DNA from: an uncultured Desulfosarcina sp.
GTDB taxonomy: Bacteria; Desulfobacterota; Desulfobacteria; Desulfobacterales; Desulfosarcinaceae
Direction of reading: 5' to 3'
Length of the DNA: 64,000 nt
Assembly (NCBI GenBank): GCA_963674945.2
Contig: CAXXWQ010000004.1
Span: 384,001 to 448,000, forward strand
Every line of letters starts with the position of its first letter. The first letter of the stretch is position 1. The notes under the pieces are model-generated. The model saw nothing but the letters and a program-made list of their open reading frames with translations. It was not told where the DNA came from and did not search any database. Positions 60,201-64,000 of the stretch are shown piece after piece. Made by a program: the position numbers and the translations under genes.

Positions 60201-60812
60201 GGTCGCCTTTCCGTCGGCGGAGAGCATGTTTCCGCGAAACAGCCGGTCGCTCATAACATGATTTTTCAATGCGGGGATGATCTTTCGAAGATCTTCATCC
60301 GATTCGGGCAACAGCGCTTCGTTTTCTTCGGTAAAAGGAACGCCCATTTCCGTTTTCAGTTTTTTAATGACGCTGCCGGTGACCACGGCTCCGGTTTCTT
60401 GGTCCAGGATGCCGTCTTCCAGTCCGGAGATACTGCTGATATCGTCAATATCGAAACCGATGGGCAGCTCAATGGTTTCGGTTTTTCCGGTCAGTTTGCT
60501 CTGGATGGTCTTGTGGGTCTTCAGCGCCTTCAAGGCCATTACCATGCGCTCGATGGCGCGCAGCACAGGCGGGGTCATGATCCCCTGGTCCGCCGCTTCG
60601 ACGCCGACAATCAGCGATTCGCTGTAATCGAAGTTTTTTTGATAGTAATCGTTGGCTTTGACGCTTTTGATGTCCGTCGGGAGGAATTTCGTAATATCCG
60701 GCTCGAGGTAGAGCCGGTTCATAATCTGATGAATGAAGAAAGCCGTCAAGCCTACTGTAATCAGAATTATTGTTTTGGGATAGCAAGTTGCAAATTGACT
60801 TATTTTTCGCAT
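57276..60812 (-). CDS. MMPL/RND-family transporter, paralog B
   Basis: AIVSAYGIH and GVGVDYTIHF; long blocks identical to paralog A (e.g. SKLTGKTETIELPIG, HVPMINKWDYKRRY). Confidence 0.9.
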   Translation of the reverse strand: MRKISQFATCYPKTIILITVGLTAFFIHQIMNRLYLEPDITKFLPTDIKSVKANDYYQKNFDYSESLIVGVEAADQGIMTPPVLRAIERMVMALKALKTHKTIQSKLTGKTETIELPIGFDIDDISSISGLEDGILDQETGAVVTGSVIKKLKTEMGVPFTEENEALLPESDEDLRKIIPALKNHVMSDRLFRGNMLSADGKATVVHVPMINKWDYKRRYSSLELETALDPDLLKARFQGKTSFFPYNVYGKTIDGVVYDDAFIARHSDKIARRLKDLLEAYLSPAYPKHPKLKELMTGELTRESFTKIINITNERDFFMNPDLLTSDSFTVKLYDFTTSQIDPLSFENLEFRLPDAKQIYSLLDVWARTREILEKNSIPGINTYVAGQPVMIAVIFKIIDKDLKLLLPIGLLVVLFMLTISFRSFSGVVIPFVTVVLSIIWTFGFMAFTGTPVSPTTSNIPIVLLAIVSAYGIHLLNRYYEDAGKLEDRRKILRRSIQGVGAAIIMAGLTTSAGFISLSSSSMTMIRHYAVFSAFGILVGLFLTLTLSPAILCYWRLPRKKRKVADRDDEAPHGFLEKTLVALSSPVKKYPKIIIACFTVIAVITAAKVKDLQFEGSLIEDFRPDHPMRMSDNFINRYLTGTGEINMLFRFRDRVNLENEWVRDQLHKRSEAFANAWSEVVSGRMSPDDSALIAFAGEMMQVFRQTEPDGEKMERSVALMNDLLNEEYTVEIQDKSDAVSETTASALNALFEESSGADSLAGLADTGTSTSDPAPNAAFSGYSVDQVNGLKDVTQRLGRPESAWEETGKSIVKLRSLKVTSGGMRMVRAWNELQDLFAADVKQPYVLRRLENVREQLFALEDPKVDLGEGMTKPTGFAIGPVDLVRKMYSLFYHDGDLAFKKIPDTRTDRLGDSTMTDRGVIGVALNQAQNSDRDTFSGMISPDLKEFQYSIMIRSMLTEFNAAYIEKINEILAREFPDDNPYIESISIGGQSPVIMEITDLLVDSHASSILQALLFVLIITFFIFRSLTGGVYATIPLVFTILANFGMILALGWKINSGTVTVAAISIGVGVDYTIHFLERFKAQLKQGDAFHLAYVNTIRSSGKGIIINAASVAGGFAVLLLSELAGNRFVGTLMIGNMIYSSLAALTLLPALIFSTKPRFLTKISSSPTPQGRP

Positions 60813-60830
60813 CGCAGGTAAACTCCGCTC

Positions 60831-62258
60831 TTAAAAAGAATATTTCACTTCAGCTTGTATATCGTTGAAATAGTTATTTAAAATTTCGCTGTATGTCGGA
60901 CCAAAGAAAATTTCCAGACCGTCGGCGACTTTATACTTCAACGTCGCTCTTGCCACAGTTTGAACGGGTTGGCCGTCCTGATCCCAATAGTTTGCGGCCA
61001 TCAGAACCAGATTCAACGCATTGCCGGTTAAAAAATCGATGTTGGCATGGCCCGATATGAAATCGGTTCGTTCCCAAATCTGTTGGAGCAGGAAGTTGGT
61101 TTGGTTGTACGGCGCCTCTTCCTTGAAATCGGTGATGAAATTTTGTCCGGCATACAGATTGATCGTGGAACCGCTCACCGTAAATTCCGCGCCAACCACA
61201 TATTTGCCCCAACTATTTTTAATAAAAGGGTCGTCTCCGTCTTCATCCTCGGTAAACGTATACACCGCGGATAGTTTGGCCAAGGCAACGTCGAAGAGAT
61301 TGTACTGCAGGTCCAGTCCGGGACTACGGATGCGGTTGTATTTTTTCCCAACCAAGGTGTCGCCGGTTCCATCCGCGGCATACACATAAATGTCGGCGAC
61401 GGGATCGGGTCCGTCCACATAGCTGACGGCCCAATCCAGATATCCAATGGTGCCGAACAGGCGAGAGGCCCATTTGCTATCGCCTGGTTTACATTCGCTG
61501 ACCTCTTCTTCTTCGCCCGTGTAGAGATAGTCATAAAACTCCGGGTTGATATTGCTTTCAGCAACGGGGATTGCCATCGCTTCGAAATAGACGCTTCCCA
61601 TGCGTTGGGTTACGAGCAATCCGGTGCTGGCGATCTTGCTGTCTTCATACTCCGTGCTCTTATAGGATCGATCCCAGGCGTTGACCCGATCCGTTGGAAC
61701 TTCCAGGCCTTCCAGGTAACTCCAGGTCACCAGCTGGGTTCCGACTTTCCAGACGCGGCTGTTTTCGAAAATCTCCACAAAGCCTTCAATCATTCGTATA
61801 TCGACCTCATCGGGCCTCTCTTCGGAAATCAAGGTTGCCTCGTGGAGGGAGTGAGCGGTGTTGTAGTCGATGTTAACGGCGGTAAAGAGTCTGGCCCTGT
61901 CCCCCAGATAGCCCTCCAGCTTCACCTGCAGTCGTGTCCCTACGTTGTTATAGCCGCGGATTTCCTGGTCTGCCGGTCGGGCGGGAAGATTCAGATACAT
62001 CTCCTGCCAGAATGCATCGGAGTATTGTTCCTTATTCCAATACCCCAAGGCCTTGAGGTATCCGCCGATATTGACCGATAGCCCCAAAACACTTGCAGTG
62101 TCGCCGCTGCCCGCGCTTTTTCCCTCAGTTGCGCCGGTGTCTGTGGCAGCGGGCGCTTCCGAAAGATCCATCAGATCGTCCATGTCATCGGCAAAAACGT
62201 TTGGTGAAACCAAGCCGAACAGTAATATCGTCGTGATAAAGATCCATCTTTTTTCCAT
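60831..62258 (-). CDS. Outer membrane beta-barrel protein (DUF1302-like context)
   Basis: Signal peptide, acidic linker, alternating beta strands, KVGTQLVTW..E..PTDRVNA.D, C-terminal EVKYSF. Confidence 0.72.
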   Translation of the reverse strand: MEKRWIFITTILLFGLVSPNVFADDMDDLMDLSEAPAATDTGATEGKSAGSGDTASVLGLSVNIGGYLKALGYWNKEQYSDAFWQEMYLNLPARPADQEIRGYNNVGTRLQVKLEGYLGDRARLFTAVNIDYNTAHSLHEATLISEERPDEVDIRMIEGFVEIFENSRVWKVGTQLVTWSYLEGLEVPTDRVNAWDRSYKSTEYEDSKIASTGLLVTQRMGSVYFEAMAIPVAESNINPEFYDYLYTGEEEEVSECKPGDSKWASRLFGTIGYLDWAVSYVDGPDPVADIYVYAADGTGDTLVGKKYNRIRSPGLDLQYNLFDVALAKLSAVYTFTEDEDGDDPFIKNSWGKYVVGAEFTVSGSTINLYAGQNFITDFKEEAPYNQTNFLLQQIWERTDFISGHANIDFLTGNALNLVLMAANYWDQDGQPVQTVARATLKYKVADGLEIFFGPTYSEILNNYFNDIQAEVKYSF

Positions 62259-62283
62259 CTGCAGCAATCCTCGTTTCAACAAA

Positions 62284-63147
62284 TCACCACCACTTTCGCG
62301 TCAAGTAAGAGATATTGAAAATATCGGGGTCAATTTTCCCGGTTTCGTCTTCAACTTTGGTATTGTCCATCTGCATGATGGTCTTGGTGCCTTTCAGTAC
62401 CGTTTTCATCTCCGCTCCGGTGTTCCAGAAAACCCGTTTGCCATCCCGATTTTTCAGAACGACAAAGGAGAAAAGTGTCATTGTCTTGGCGAGCTGTCCG
62501 TTGAGATCGTACATTTCAGATTTGAAGGTGAGACCGGATGAAGGATGAACCCAGTCGATGGTTTTGCTGTAACCGTAATCCTCTTTTTTCTTTTCGCTTT
62601 TAAATTCCGATGCGATTTTCTCAACTTGAATTTGCTTTTCTTTGAACTCTATCGTTTCCGTCCCGAGCCAGGTATAGTGGCTGTCATCAATATCATCGGC
62701 GGAAACATCGCCGTTGGAAAAATCGGATCCCATGAAAGAAGAGCTTTTATCGGAGCCGATCACCCTCTTTGGTTTTCTCAATCCTTTCAGGTAAACCCAC
62801 TGGTCATCCTCTTGATCTCCCGGGTTCTCCGTCATCAAAGCGCTGTTGCCTTTATCATCCGCAGGGGCGAAGAAGTAGCTGATGTTACGGGATAAACGGT
62901 TGTCCGGATCTTTGTAGTTTTCAATGAAAATCGCGGCGCGTGACTTTTTCGTAAAGAGCAGTTTGCCTTGGGCGTCATAGATCTTAAATGCCGTCTCACT
63001 GGTCATCTTTTCAACCACCGGCATTTCATCGATGGCCTTCATGATCTTCCACCCTTTTTCTTGTGGTGTTTCAGCCATTACCGCACCGAAGGGGATGACG
63101 AGCAAGGCCACTACCAATATTCCAACGATTATGATTTCTCGCTTCAT
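62284..63147 (-). CDS. Outer membrane lipoprotein-sorting (LolA-like) protein
   Basis: Signal peptide, FFAPADDKG, DDQWVYL..LRK.KRV..SDKSSSFMGSDFS; GAGGAG SD before ATG 63147. Confidence 0.88.
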   Translation of the reverse strand: MKREIIIVGILVVALLVIPFGAVMAETPQEKGWKIMKAIDEMPVVEKMTSETAFKIYDAQGKLLFTKKSRAAIFIENYKDPDNRLSRNISYFFAPADDKGNSALMTENPGDQEDDQWVYLKGLRKPKRVIGSDKSSSFMGSDFSNGDVSADDIDDSHYTWLGTETIEFKEKQIQVEKIASEFKSEKKKEDYGYSKTIDWVHPSSGLTFKSEMYDLNGQLAKTMTLFSFVVLKNRDGKRVFWNTGAEMKTVLKGTKTIMQMDNTKVEDETGKIDPDIFNISYLTRKWW

Positions 63148-63271
63148 TTCGCTCCTCATTTTCAACATTGTTAGGTCAATTTTACGCGACCCTTGAACAC
63201 ACAGCCCTCTGTTACTTATATCCAGGGGAAAATATAATTTGAAATTTGTCCCGCTTGAGTGTCAGATTTAT

Positions 63272-63287
63272 TGCGGGTTCTGTGCCA
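63272..63287 (-). promoter_or_regulatory. sigma54-type promoter (copy 2) of the LolA-like/OMP/MMPL operon
   Basis: Minus strand TGGCACAGAACCCGCA with GG-N10-GC. Confidence 0.68.
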
Positions 63288-63305
63288 TAATTTTTTATTA
63301 AATAT

Positions 63306-63402
63306 ATTCAGCCGGTTGTATATTTTTTATGCTTTTTAAACCATATTTGGTATAAAACGACAACCAAATATGGTATATTAATTTTATTTTACTAAATATG
63401 GT
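63306..63402. promoter_or_regulatory. IHF-like site plus three 12-bp pseudo-palindromic boxes (putative activator UAS), copy 2
   Basis: ATTCAGCCGGTTG (63306); ACCATATTTGGT (63340), ACCAAATATGGT (63363), ACTAAATATGGT (63391). Confidence 0.62.
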
Positions 63403-63436
63403 TTATTTATAATGACATTTACTCAAAATCACGACG

Positions 63437-63897
63437 GAAAGAGGGGCTTTCACCGGAGCGGTAAAGCGAAAACGGGGGCGATTCGAGCGCGCCGACCAGG
63501 GAACCATCTTTTTGGATGAGACCGGCGAATTACCGCCGAAGGCCCAGGTTCGTCTGCTGAGAGTGATTCAAAACAAGGAGATCGAACGGTTGGGAGGCAC
63601 GGAAACCCTGCCGGTGGACATCCGGATTATCGCCGCCACCCACAGGGATCTATCCGGAATGGTGGAAAAAAATGAATTCAGGGAGGATCTCTATTATCGG
63701 TTGAATGTTCTCCCCATCGTGATTCCGCCACTGCGGCAGCGAAAAATAGACATCCCCGAATTCGTCCGCTATTTTCTCGACAAGAAGCCAAGGAGCTGAA
63801 ACTGAAACAGTTTCCCAAACTGGCCCCGGGAACGCTGGAACCCCTGATTGCCTGTCGATGGCCCGGCAATGTCCGGGAACTGGAAAATGTGGTCGAA
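63437..63897 (+). pseudogene. Fragment of a second sigma54 enhancer-binding protein, paralog of 51437-53014
   Basis: Begins abruptly at ERGAFTGA, lacking the sensor domain and Walker A; near-identical to about 52264-52725; frameshift near 63787; homology ends after RELENVVE, no HTH. Confidence 0.88.
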
Positions 63898-64000
63898 GGC
63901 GCCCTGAAAACAAACAGGGGTTTTTATCCCCTGTTGTCATGGCCGAAACCGGAAATGCGCAAGTAGGCATAATAGTGGTGTGAAAGTGGAAGTTCCACAT

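Overview
Chromosomal window that by gene content looks like a sulfate-reducing deltaproteobacterium (Desulfobacterales-like; this is an inference). Left to right: hflK (partial)-hflC; a tiny bS22/mS38-like gene; an FmdB-type zinc ribbon; groES-groEL; a LysM (TsaP-like) protein converging on a hypothetical+GspE/PilB pair, each side with a sigma28-like promoter; an ABC_ATPase-family protein. Next is a signalling block: DUF302, an MMPL/RND transporter fused to a complete histidine kinase, a cytoplasmic group-2 sensory-type [NiFe] hydrogenase, a PAS histidine kinase and a single-domain receiver. Then a pqiA-pqiA-pqiB-pqiC operon translationally coupled to a divergent class III nucleotidyl-cyclase-like gene; a lipoprotein+TraF-like barrel pair; UbiA-GtrA-HAD; a Cys-rich pseudogene; a COG2403 (ArcE/cDPGS-like) NTPase; a nitronate-monooxygenase-family flavoprotein; a five-gene CP-ATP-grasp/alpha-E/transglutaminase operon with a sigma54 promoter; USP-HDAC-Cys-rich-membrane protein; TIGR03546/03545. 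The right end is a duplicated, reciprocally degraded sigma54 module: copy 1 keeps the activator but only the last 56 codons of its target operon; copy 2 keeps LolA-like+outer-membrane barrel+two MMPL genes but only a pseudogene fragment of the activator. A 152-bp MITE-like element lies between the two MMPL genes. No rRNA, tRNA or CRISPR array was seen. Best candidate for an undescribed system: the MMPL-histidine kinase fusion next to the sensory hydrogenase relay. All family calls come from reading motifs by eye; no searches were run.
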